Assembly (NCBI GenBank): GCA_964653835.1
Contig: CAZZFZ010000006.1
Span: 1 to 41,126 of the forward strand
DNA from: an uncultured Anaerolineales bacterium
GTDB lineage: Bacteria; Chloroflexota; Anaerolineae; Anaerolineales; UBA11858
Reading direction: 5' to 3'
DNA: 41,126 nucleotides
Within the stretch, counting starts at the first letter, position 1. The number at the start of each line of letters is the position of its first letter. Made by a program: the position numbers and the translations under genes. Below, piece by piece: positions 1-7,998 of this stretch. A model generated the notes under the pieces. The model made no database searches and was not told where the DNA came from. It saw only the letters and a list, made by a program, of their open reading frames with translations.

Positions 1-1
1 G

Positions 2-1180
2 ACGGAGGAGCTGATCCTGTCGGGCTGGTACATGGCCGCCCACGGCGAAGTGCCTCAGGACGGGCGCGAGTACCGTGTGGGGCGCTCCGGCGGCGGCTTT
101 GACGTGCTGGATTTCAAAACCTTGCCCCCTGAAGAGCAATTACCCTCTGATACGCCGGTGGATCTCTCCCTGCCGCTCAACCGCCGCGGCGATGGCCTGC
201 CCGAAATCACCATTGACGTGCCCTGGTACGGCGGTGGCATGTCCTTCGGCTCGGTCAGCGAGAACGTGATGGTCTCGCGCGCCCGCGCTGCCAAACGCTG
301 GAACACCTTCACGTCCACTGGCGAGGGTGGCTATCCCCCTGGCCTGATCCCTTACCGCGATCACGTCATCACCCAGGTGGCGACCGGCATGTTCGGCGTG
401 CGCGAGGAGACCATCCGATACGCCCGTCTGGTGGAGTTTAAGTACGCTCAGGGGGCCAAACCCGGACTGGGCGGCCACCTGCTGGGCGATAAGACCACCG
501 TGGCGGTCGCTAAAATGCGCGAGAGTGTGCCATGGGTCAGTCTGTTTTCGCCTTTCCCCTTCCACTCAGTCTATTCCGTGGAAGATCACCGCAAACACGT
601 GGACTGGATCAAGACCATCAACCCGCGGGCGCTGGTCTCGGTCAAGGTTTCAACGCCGCACGATGTGGATATGGTGGCGGTGGGCAGTTACTACGCCGGG
701 GCGCACATCATCCACCTGGATGGCTCCTACGGCGGAACGGGGGCCGCGCCCGAGATCGCCAAGAAGAACATCGCCATGCCGATTGAGTTCGCCATCCCGC
801 GCGTGCACCGCTATCTGGTCAGCGAGGGCATCCGCGATAAAGTCACCGTGATCGCCAGCGGCGGCATCCGCACTGCTTACGATATCGCCAAGGCGATTGC
901 CCTGGGCGCGGATGGCTGCGTGATCGGCACCGGGGATTTGATCGCCCTGGGGTGCACGCGCTGCTCCAACTGCGAGCGCGGCCGCGGCTGCCCCTACGGG
1001 TTGACCACCACCGATCCGGAGCTTTCCCTGTTGGTGGAACCTGATTGGGGCGAGCAGCGCATCAGCAATTTCTACAACGCCCTCAAGGTGCAGTTGGAGA
1101 CGCTGCTGCGCCAGTTGGGGCTGCGTTCGATCGGCGAGCTGCGCGGCCGCACCGATTTGCTGCGTTATGTAAAAAATTAA
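2..1180 (+). CDS. Glutamate synthase-like FMN-binding protein (GltB central domain, archaeal-type domain 2); 5' end probably outside the window
   Basis: The frame in phase with position 2 is open to the window edge (TEELILSGWY precedes the first ATG at 32). Motifs: PWYGGGMSFGS, EFKYAQGAKPGLGGHL, IIHLDGSYGGTGAAP, ASGGIRTAYDIAKAIALGADG, and a Cys cluster CTRCSNCERGRGC. Confidence 0.85.
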   Translation, partial: TEELILSGWYMAAHGEVPQDGREYRVGRSGGGFDVLDFKTLPPEEQLPSDTPVDLSLPLNRRGDGLPEITIDVPWYGGGMSFGSVSENVMVSRARAAKRWNTFTSTGEGGYPPGLIPYRDHVITQVATGMFGVREETIRYARLVEFKYAQGAKPGLGGHLLGDKTTVAVAKMRESVPWVSLFSPFPFHSVYSVEDHRKHVDWIKTINPRALVSVKVSTPHDVDMVAVGSYYAGAHIIHLDGSYGGTGAAPEIAKKNIAMPIEFAIPRVHRYLVSEGIRDKVTVIASGGIRTAYDIAKAIALGADGCVIGTGDLIALGCTRCSNCERGRGCPYGLTTTDPELSLLVEPDWGEQRISNFYNALKVQLETLLRQLGLRSIGELRGRTDLLRYVKN

Positions 1181-1264
1181 CCACAAAGCACACGAAGGAA
1201 CACGAAGAAAAAGAGTAACCCCCTTTGTGACCTTTGTGGTGAACGAAATCTGCGAAATCTGCGG
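1181..1264 (+). repeat. Structured intergenic repeat, family A copy 1 (CCACAAAG ... CTTTGTGGTGAAC followed by tandem GAAATCTGC)
   Basis: It starts right after the stop at 1180. CCACAAAG (1181-1188) pairs with CTTTGTGG (1232-1239). CACGAAG (1201-1207) pairs with CTTTGTG (1223-1229) with one G-U. GTGGTGAAC tail, then GAAATCTGC twice. Same layout as 14130-14235. Confidence 0.6.
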
Positions 1265-1283
1265 ATAAGTAAGGGATACACTT

Positions 1284-3860
1284 ATGAACCCTACCCTGAT
1301 CCATAAACTCCTGACTTCCCGCCGCGGCCTGCGCCCGGCGTTCATCGCCCCCGCGGCGCGCGACGAAGCGGCCGAGGGCGGCTGCGGCGTGATCGGCATC
1401 GCTTGCAGTGAACAAATCGCCGGGAAGCACCTGTTGCAATCCCTCGATCAGATGCGCAACCGCGGCAACGGCAAGGGCGGGGGGCTGGCCGCCGTCGGCC
1501 TGGTCCCCGAAGAGCTGGGTGTCAGCGCCGAGGTCTTGCAAAACGATTACCTGCTGGCCGTGGCTTACCTGGACCCCGATTGCCGCGCCGAGGTCGAGCG
1601 GGCGCACATCGAACCCACCTTTGAAATTGACCACGTGCGCGTCCAGCCGCACATCGCCGACTGGCGCGCCCTGCCGCGTCTGGATGTGCAGCCGCCGGAA
1701 GTGGTGCAGTATTTTGTGCGCGTCAAACCCGAGGTGTACGAAGCCTTCATCGCGGAACACGGCCTGGCCGAGGCCGAGCGCCGCGCCGTGGAAGATGAGA
1801 TCGTTTACCAAAACACCTACCGCCTGAACACCGAGTTCTACGCCTCCACCGGCGAGACGCGCGCCTTTGTGCTCTCGCACGGCAAAAACCTGCTGGTGCT
1901 TAAGATGGTCGGCTACGCCGATGACGTGGTACGCTACTATCAGATGGAAGAGTTTCACGCCCACGTGTGGATCGGCCACCACCGCTACCCCACCAAAGGG
2001 CGCGTCTGGCATCCGGGCGGAGCGCACCCCTTCATCGGGCTGAACGAGGCCCTCGTCCACAATGGCGACTTTGCCAACTACGCCTCGATCAGTGAGTACC
2101 TCAAGCAGCGCAACATCTACCCGCTCTTCCTGACCGATACCGAGGTATCAGTGCAGGTCTTTGACCTGCTCTACCGCACCTATGGCTATCCGTTGGAATA
2201 TGTGATCGAGGCGCTGGCCCCGACCACTGAGCGGGACTTCGCCCAACTGCCGCCCGAAAAACAGCGCATCTACCGCATGATCCAGGCCGAGCACATGCAC
2301 AGCTCGCCTGACGGCCCATGGTTCTTCCTGATCGCCCAGTCCGACCGGACGCGGGGTAACGGCGCTGCGCCGGTGTATCGCCTGACGGGCATCACGGATA
2401 CCTCTATGCTGCGCCCGCAGGTCTTTGCCTTGCAACAGGCCACCCCCGAAGGCCCCACCATCGGCTTCGCTGCCTCGGAAAAGCAGGCCATTGACGCCGC
2501 GCTGGCCTCGCTGGCCGCGGAAGATCCGCGCTTCTGGCCGCGCGCCGATAAATACTGGAACGCCCGCGGCGGCAGCCACACCGACGGCGGCGCGTTCATG
2601 TTCAGCGTGGACGCGGCCACCCGCCGCCTGCGCTGCACCGATAAATTTGGCCGACCGGTTACGGTGGACGCCAGCCGCCCGCCCGCACCGCCGGAACGTG
2701 CCGCCGCCCCGGTGGAAGTCCCCGCCGAGGGCGACTTGTTCCCCTGGGTGCGGGGTCACCTCCCGGGGTGGGATTACGCCCACCTGGAGGGCGTGCTGCG
2801 ATCGGTGGTCAACGCCGCCAGGGATGACGCCTCGCGCGCCCGCGCCCTGGCGTTGCTCACCAACCTGATGGATCATCGCTACCCGACGGGGAAGCTGCGT
2901 CGTAGCGTGGTGCTCTCGATGGCCGATGCCGCCCTCGCTCGTTGGGTGGATGCCGTCGCCGCCGCGCCCTCGCCTGGCTTTCTCTACGCTTCCTACGAGC
3001 GCCGCTTGCAGACATTCTCCCAGGGATCGCCCGCGGTGGTGCTCGACGCCCGTGGCTTCGAGCCGGAAGGCCCGGACTCGGTAGCGCTGGAACTCACCCG
3101 CCTTTATGAGCTGGGCTACCGCCGTTTTGTGATCGTCCACACGCGCGGCCACCGCTTCATTGGCAACGGCTTCGGCACCGAGACGAGCGATGTACGCATG
3201 GACGTTTATGGCTCGCCGGGCGATTACCTGGCCTCCGGGATTGACGGAATGGAAATCCGCGTGCACAACAACGCGCAGGATCAACTGGCGCAGATTATGA
3301 AGGCTGGGAAACTGGTGGTTTACGGCGATGTCGGCCAGACCTTTGGCTACGCGGCCAAAGGCGGCGAGACGTACATCCTGGGCAACGCCGCCGGCCGCCC
3401 GATGATCAACGCCGTAGGCAAGCCGCGCGTCATCATCAACGGAACCTGCCTGGATTACCTGGCCGAATCCTTCATGGCTGGCGACCCGCACAATGGCGGC
3501 GGATTTGTGGTGCTCAACGGCATTCATCTGAACGATGACGGTCAGATTGAAGACCTGGAGACGCCCTACCCCGGCGGCAACCTGTTTTCGCTGGCCTCGG
3601 GCGGCGCGCTCTACGTGCGCGACCCGCATCAGAAATTGACCCTCGACCAGTTGAACGGCGGCACGTTCGCTGCGCTAGATGCCACTGACTGGGCGCTGAT
3701 CTTGCCTCATCTGGAGGAGAACGCCCGGCTGTTCGGTATCCCGGTGGATGCGTTGCTCACCGTGGATGGCGAGCGCCGTCCCCCCGAAACGGTCTACCGC
3801 AAAATCGTCCCCGCGGCCACCCGCGCCCTGCAGGCCGAAGAAGCCTGGGTGGCGCACTGA
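1284..3860 (+). CDS. Fusion protein: class-II (Ntn) glutamine amidotransferase domain plus GXGXG (GltB C-terminal domain 3-like) domain, with an uncharacterised linker
   Basis: N-terminal part: GGCGVIGIA (candidate nucleophile Cys at aa 34), HHRYPTKG, HNGDFANY. C-terminal part: HRFIGNGFG, VYGSPGDYLASG, VYGDVGQTFGYAAKGGETYILGNAAGRPM, INGTCLDYLAESFMAGD. AAGGGA lies 7 nt upstream of the ATG. Confidence 0.85.
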   Translation: MNPTLIHKLLTSRRGLRPAFIAPAARDEAAEGGCGVIGIACSEQIAGKHLLQSLDQMRNRGNGKGGGLAAVGLVPEELGVSAEVLQNDYLLAVAYLDPDCRAEVERAHIEPTFEIDHVRVQPHIADWRALPRLDVQPPEVVQYFVRVKPEVYEAFIAEHGLAEAERRAVEDEIVYQNTYRLNTEFYASTGETRAFVLSHGKNLLVLKMVGYADDVVRYYQMEEFHAHVWIGHHRYPTKGRVWHPGGAHPFIGLNEALVHNGDFANYASISEYLKQRNIYPLFLTDTEVSVQVFDLLYRTYGYPLEYVIEALAPTTERDFAQLPPEKQRIYRMIQAEHMHSSPDGPWFFLIAQSDRTRGNGAAPVYRLTGITDTSMLRPQVFALQQATPEGPTIGFAASEKQAIDAALASLAAEDPRFWPRADKYWNARGGSHTDGGAFMFSVDAATRRLRCTDKFGRPVTVDASRPPAPPERAAAPVEVPAEGDLFPWVRGHLPGWDYAHLEGVLRSVVNAARDDASRARALALLTNLMDHRYPTGKLRRSVVLSMADAALARWVDAVAAAPSPGFLYASYERRLQTFSQGSPAVVLDARGFEPEGPDSVALELTRLYELGYRRFVIVHTRGHRFIGNGFGTETSDVRMDVYGSPGDYLASGIDGMEIRVHNNAQDQLAQIMKAGKLVVYGDVGQTFGYAAKGGETYILGNAAGRPMINAVGKPRVIINGTCLDYLAESFMAGDPHNGGGFVVLNGIHLNDDGQIEDLETPYPGGNLFSLASGGALYVRDPHQKLTLDQLNGGTFAALDATDWALILPHLEENARLFGIPVDALLTVDGERRPPETVYRKIVPAATRALQAEEAWVAH

Positions 3861-3878
3861 TCGTGGCTATCCCCGCTC

Positions 3879-3917
3879 CTCAGACTTCCGAAGTCGTCAA
3901 GACTTCGGAAGTCTGAG
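3879..3917 (+). terminator. Perfect 17-bp hairpin (family B: CTCAGACTTCCGAAGTC / GACTTCGGAAGTCTGAG), terminator-like
   Basis: Arms 3879-3895 and 3901-3917 are exact reverse complements with a 5-nt loop. It lies 19 nt after the stop at 3860. There is no clear T-tract. Confidence 0.5.
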
Positions 3918-3945
3918 AGGGCGACGCTTGATGATGGGGGACTCA

Positions 3946-3974
3946 TTGTCATTTTTCCTAATCTATACTAAACT
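3946..3974 (+). promoter_or_regulatory. Candidate sigma-70-type promoter for the TerC operon
   Basis: TTGTCA (3946-3951), 17-nt spacer, TAAACT (3969-3974). Confidence 0.3.
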
Positions 3975-3996
3975 CTACGACGTAATCTTCCCAAGC

Positions 3997-4018
3997 GGCG
4001 GCATCACACGATGCCGCC
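3997..4018 (+). promoter_or_regulatory. 9-bp GC-rich hairpin in the TerC leader
   Basis: GGCGGCATC (3997-4005), loop ACAC, GATGCCGCC (4010-4018). It ends 30 nt before the ATG at 4049. Confidence 0.35.
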
Positions 4019-4048
4019 AGGCAGCTCGTTTATAGAGAGAGTTTTCCT

Positions 4049-4810
4049 ATGCAATGGTTCACCGACCCTCAGGCCTGGATCGCCCTGCTGACGCTTACCG
4101 TGTTGGAGATTGTCCTGGGTATTGATAATATTATCTTTATTTCCATTCTGGCAGGTAAGCTCCCTCAAGCTCAACAAAAACAAGGTCGCCAAATCGGTTT
4201 GCTGCTGGCGATGGTGACGCGCATTTTGTTGTTGCTCTCGCTCGCCTGGCTGATTGGCCTGACGGCTCCCTTGTTTGCTGTTTTTGGCCATGAAATTTCC
4301 GGCCATGATCTGATATTGTTGATCGGTGGCCTGTTTCTGCTCGCCAAGAGCACTGTTGAGATTCATGACCGACTGGAGGGGCATGAGGGTAAGGCCTCTG
4401 CCAAGGTGAAGCCATCCCTGGGGGCGGTGGTGGTGCAGATTGCTTTGCTGGATATCGTCTTCTCGCTCGACTCAGTGATTACCGCGGTTGGTATGGCTGA
4501 GCATATCGAGGTGATGATTATCGCTGTGATTATCGCGGTGGGCATTATGATGTACGCCTCCGGGCCGATCAGCGCCTACGTCAACGAACGCCCTACCATT
4601 AAGATGCTGGCGCTTAGTTTCCTGTTGCTCATCGGCGTCAACCTGGTGGCCGAGGGGCTGGGATTCTACATCCCCAAAGGCTATACCTACTTCGCTATGG
4701 GCTTTTCATTCTTTGTTGAGATGCTCAACCAGCGTTTGCGCGAGGGGGCTGAAAAACCGGTCCAATTGCGCCAGCCTTACGTGGAGGACACGAGCGGAAC
4801 TGTGGAGTAA
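4049..4810 (+). CDS. TerC/Alx/YoaE-family integral membrane protein
   Basis: LTVLEIVLGIDNIIFISILAGKLP and VVQIALLDIVFSLDSVITAVGM are the paired TerC-type membrane motifs. The rest of the protein has multiple hydrophobic helices. Confidence 0.85.
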   Translation: MQWFTDPQAWIALLTLTVLEIVLGIDNIIFISILAGKLPQAQQKQGRQIGLLLAMVTRILLLLSLAWLIGLTAPLFAVFGHEISGHDLILLIGGLFLLAKSTVEIHDRLEGHEGKASAKVKPSLGAVVVQIALLDIVFSLDSVITAVGMAEHIEVMIIAVIIAVGIMMYASGPISAYVNERPTIKMLALSFLLLIGVNLVAEGLGFYIPKGYTYFAMGFSFFVEMLNQRLREGAEKPVQLRQPYVEDTSGTVE

Positions 4811-5901
4811 TGCAGGCATTACGCACGGCGACGGTTTGGGCGGTCAACCTGCTTGCTGCGGGGCTGGTGCTGCTGGCTGTGGTTCTGGGGTGGGATCGGT
4901 TGCAGAATGGGGGGAATCCTGTGAGCCTGGTGCCAACGGCTTCCCCTGTACTGACGCCAACCGCCACGCCGGAGCCGCGTCCTTCGGTGGCGGTTTTGCC
5001 GCCCCTGGTTTCCCTGGCCTCCGAGGGGAGGCGAGGGATCGTGCGCCGGGCCACCATGCACACCACCATCCCCCCGCGCGAGCGCGTGGACGTGATTACC
5101 TATACCGTTCAGCCGGGGGATAGCCTTTTTTCAATTGCGGCCGAATACAACCTGAAGCCGGAGACCATTTTGTGGGGGAACTTTGAAGCTTTGGAGGAAA
5201 ACCCGCATGTGGTCAACGCCGGGCAGGAACTTAACATCCTGCCGGTGGATGGCGCATACTACCAGTGGCAGGAAGGCGATAATCTGGTGAAGGTGGCCGA
5301 GTTCTTCAAGGTGGATCCGCAGGTCATCCTGGAGTATCCCGGCAACCGCTTCGACCTGACCATCACTTCGCCCGAAGAGGCCGAGATTGAACCAGGAACC
5401 TGGCTGATTATCCCCGGCGGGAGGCGCGTCCTCAGGGATTGGGGCCCGCCCCCCATCACGCGCGCCAACCCGGCTTCGGCGGCGTACTATGGCGCTGGTT
5501 CGTGCGGCGCGGTTTATGAAGGCGCGGTGGGTACGTATACCTTCGTCTGGCCGACCGTCAGCCGGGATATCTCCGGTTATAGCTACACCCCGGGTGTTCA
5601 CCCTGGCCTGGATATCGCTGGCGCTGAGGGCAACCCGGTTTATGCTGTGGATAATGGCGTGGTGGTGTTTTCCGGCTGGAGCGACTTTGGTTATGGTTAT
5701 TTGATCGTGATTGACCACGGCACGGGATGGCAATCGGCCTACGCCCACCTGAGCGCCGTCGGCGTGACTTGTGGCCAGAGCGTTTTCCAGGGGACGGTGA
5801 TCGGCGCGGTGGGGAATACTGGTCGTTCCTATGGCGCGCATCTCCACTTTGAGTTGATCCTTAATGGAGCCAAGATCAACCCCTTTGAGGTTATCCCCTA
5901 G
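4810..5901 (+). CDS. Secreted or membrane-anchored LysM-domain M23 (LytM-type) metallopeptidase
   Basis: N-terminal TM or signal segment. LysM-like YTVQPGDSLFSIAAEYNL and YQWQEGDNLVKVAEFFKV. M23 motifs HPGLDIAG and GAHLHFE. The start overlaps the TerC stop (TAATG). Confidence 0.85.
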   Translation: MQALRTATVWAVNLLAAGLVLLAVVLGWDRLQNGGNPVSLVPTASPVLTPTATPEPRPSVAVLPPLVSLASEGRRGIVRRATMHTTIPPRERVDVITYTVQPGDSLFSIAAEYNLKPETILWGNFEALEENPHVVNAGQELNILPVDGAYYQWQEGDNLVKVAEFFKVDPQVILEYPGNRFDLTITSPEEAEIEPGTWLIIPGGRRVLRDWGPPPITRANPASAAYYGAGSCGAVYEGAVGTYTFVWPTVSRDISGYSYTPGVHPGLDIAGAEGNPVYAVDNGVVVFSGWSDFGYGYLIVIDHGTGWQSAYAHLSAVGVTCGQSVFQGTVIGAVGNTGRSYGAHLHFELILNGAKINPFEVIP

Positions 5902-5922
5902 CCTGCTATTGGATCGTTTGTC

Positions 5923-6444
5923 ATGGCGAATAAGCGAACCCGCTTCCTGTCTTTGTTTTTGATCTTCCTGGGTGGAATATTGCTGTTAGGTGGGGTGGTA
6001 TATTGGCGTTACGCTGGTCGCCTTGCTCATCCTCAACCTGCACCGTTGCCAGAGCAACTCGCTGGATTGCCCCTGGCGAGACACACCTTTGGCGCTGCCG
6101 CCGTTGAAGAGATCAACCATCTGCACAATTTGCAGTTCCCGCTTGTTTCCGGCGCGGTGGGCGAGTATGGTGATGGAAAGCAGGCTGTGGTGTGGGCTAG
6201 TGGAACTGTGAACACCTTCGCCGCCGTGCGCCTGACCGCCGCGATGACCGCGCGAATCAATGAAGGGAATTCGCCGTTCAGCCTGCCGGTTGAGGTACAG
6301 GTCGATGGACGCAAGGTTTACGCGCTGGATGGCCTGGGCCAAAAACATTTTTATTTTCGGTCGGGGAGTCTGCTCATCTGGCTGGCTGCGGATGAGGAAA
6401 TTGCTGAACAGGCATTGAGCGAGTGTCTGGCGTTTTATCGCTAA
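5923..6444 (+). CDS. Hypothetical N-terminally membrane-anchored protein
   Basis: ATG is 21 nt after the upstream stop. One N-terminal TM (FLSLFLIFLGGILLLGGVVYW). No motif I recognise. Confidence 0.6.
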   Translation: MANKRTRFLSLFLIFLGGILLLGGVVYWRYAGRLAHPQPAPLPEQLAGLPLARHTFGAAAVEEINHLHNLQFPLVSGAVGEYGDGKQAVVWASGTVNTFAAVRLTAAMTARINEGNSPFSLPVEVQVDGRKVYALDGLGQKHFYFRSGSLLIWLAADEEIAEQALSECLAFYR

Positions 6445-6454
6445 AGGAGCAACA

Positions 6455-7525
6455 ATGCGTTTTTCTCCGCGCGCTGTGGCCGCCGTGGGGTTACTATGGC
6501 TGGCTGGTCTGGCGTGTGCTACTACAACGCAACCCATTACCCTCTCACCTCTGCCAACAGCCAATACATCAACAGAAGGGGACATCGAGGTCTACTTCAC
6601 AGATCCCAATAACTCAAGGGCAGCCACATTCCGCGGCGGCCCCGATGCAGAACTGGCGGTCGCTATTGACGCTGCCCGTTCCTCGGTGGATGTGGCCATT
6701 TATAAACTGGACTTGTGGAGCATCCGCGATGCGCTGATTGGCGCGCATCGCCGCGGCGTGGAGGTGCGCGTGGTGACCGAGAGCGACAACCTGGGGGAGC
6801 GCGAAATGCAGCAATTGATTGCCGCGGGCATCCCTGTGGTGGATGACCGGAACGAGGGGCGTATGCACAATAAATTTGTGGTTATCGATGGCTATGAGGT
6901 GTGGACCGGCTCGATGAACTTCACCGTCAACGGGGCGTACAAGAACAACAATGACTTGTTGCGCGTGCGTTCTACCCGCCTGGCGGCGAACTACCAGGCT
7001 GAATTTGAAGAAATGTTCACCGCCAGCTTGTTCGGCGAGTCGGTTGGTTTTGAGACGCCGAACCCCTCCCTGAATCTGGATGGCGTGAGGGTGGAAAACT
7101 ACTTCTCCCCGGATGACGGCGTGGCCGCGCATATCGTTGCGCTGATCGACGAGGCGCAGGAGAACGTGGTTTTTGCTGCCTTTTCGTTTACGTCCGATGC
7201 TATTGCTGAGGCGATGATCGCCCAGGCTGGGCGCGGGGTGACGGTTGCCGGTGTGTTTGAAGAAGAGCAATATCGCTCGAACCGGGGTGGCGAGTTCGAC
7301 CGCCTGCGAGGTGCTGGACTGGATGTACGCCTGGATGGCAACGTGTATAATATGCATCATAAGTTCATCGTGATCGATGGTCAGGTGGTAATTACGGGGT
7401 CGTATAATTTCAGCCGCAGCGCCGAGGAACGCAATGATGAGAATGTGCTGGCGATCTATGATCCAGCGATCGCGTCGCAATATCTGGCTGAGTTCGAGCG
7501 TCTTTTTGCGGATGCGAATCGGTAG
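6455..7525 (+). CDS. Secreted phospholipase D-superfamily protein with two HKD motifs (Nuc-like duplication)
   Basis: AAGGAG RBS at 6444-6449. Signal-like N-terminus ending LAGLAC. HKD motifs MHNKFVVIDGYEVWTGSMNFT and MHHKFIVIDGQVVITGSYNFSRSAEERNDEN. Confidence 0.85.
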   Translation: MRFSPRAVAAVGLLWLAGLACATTTQPITLSPLPTANTSTEGDIEVYFTDPNNSRAATFRGGPDAELAVAIDAARSSVDVAIYKLDLWSIRDALIGAHRRGVEVRVVTESDNLGEREMQQLIAAGIPVVDDRNEGRMHNKFVVIDGYEVWTGSMNFTVNGAYKNNNDLLRVRSTRLAANYQAEFEEMFTASLFGESVGFETPNPSLNLDGVRVENYFSPDDGVAAHIVALIDEAQENVVFAAFSFTSDAIAEAMIAQAGRGVTVAGVFEEEQYRSNRGGEFDRLRGAGLDVRLDGNVYNMHHKFIVIDGQVVITGSYNFSRSAEERNDENVLAIYDPAIASQYLAEFERLFADANR

Positions 7526-7537
7526 AAGGTGACGGGG

Positions 7538-7643
7538 TTATTGTGTTATTGGGTAATTTGGTGATTAGGGTTTCCTTCTGCCTGTTCCCCCCTCTCTCCC
7601 AATCCCCCAGTCACCTAATCACCTGATCACTTAATCACTAACC
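7538..7643. repeat. Inverted arrays of four degenerate octamers each, flanking a pyrimidine-rich spacer
   Basis: Left array: TTATTGTG TTATTGGG TAATTTGG TGATTAGG (7538-7569). Right array: CACCTAAT CACCTGAT CACTTAAT CACTAACC (7612-7643). GGTGATTAGG (7560-7569) is the exact reverse complement of CCTAATCACC (7614-7623). The arms extend as an imperfect hairpin of about 30 bp. Confidence 0.6.
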
Positions 7644-7664
7644 CCCATCAAATCCGGAGGCTCT

Positions 7665-7991
7665 ATGTTCTTTCACAATCCTTCTCAGCGTCAAGCCAAA
7701 GAGTTGCTCCCTGGCATCAACGCGCGCACGTTTTGGGGTGAGAAAATGCTGGTTGCCGTTGCGGACCTTGACCCCCACACCCACCTGCCGATGCACAGTC
7801 ACCCACATGAGCAGGTGGGGATCGTCCTCGAAGGGGAAATTGAGTTCACCGTGGCTGGTGAGGTCAGGCGGCTCCAACCGGGGGATGTGTATGTCATCCC
7901 TGGCGGCGTGGAGCACGAGGCCCGCACCTTCGATCAGCCCGTCAAAGTGATGGATGTGTTCAGCCCGGTGCGCGAAGAGTACAAATATTGA
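7665..7991 (+). CDS. Cupin-domain protein
   Basis: GGAGG RBS at 7656-7660. Cupin motifs HSHPHEQVGIVLEGE and PGDVYVIPGGVEHEA. Confidence 0.8.
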   Translation: MFFHNPSQRQAKELLPGINARTFWGEKMLVAVADLDPHTHLPMHSHPHEQVGIVLEGEIEFTVAGEVRRLQPGDVYVIPGGVEHEARTFDQPVKVMDVFSPVREEYKY

Positions 7992-7998
7992 GCGCTTG

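Noticed and set aside
3861-4048. Possible yybP-ykoY Mn riboswitch ahead of the TerC gene.
   Set aside because: The conserved core sequences were not found by eye, so it is not annotated. It is kept as a finding because a covariance-model scan would settle the question.
7538-7643. Short tandem repeats that might suggest a CRISPR-like array.
   Set aside because: The units are 8 nt, degenerate and contiguous with no spacers. There are no cas genes in the window.
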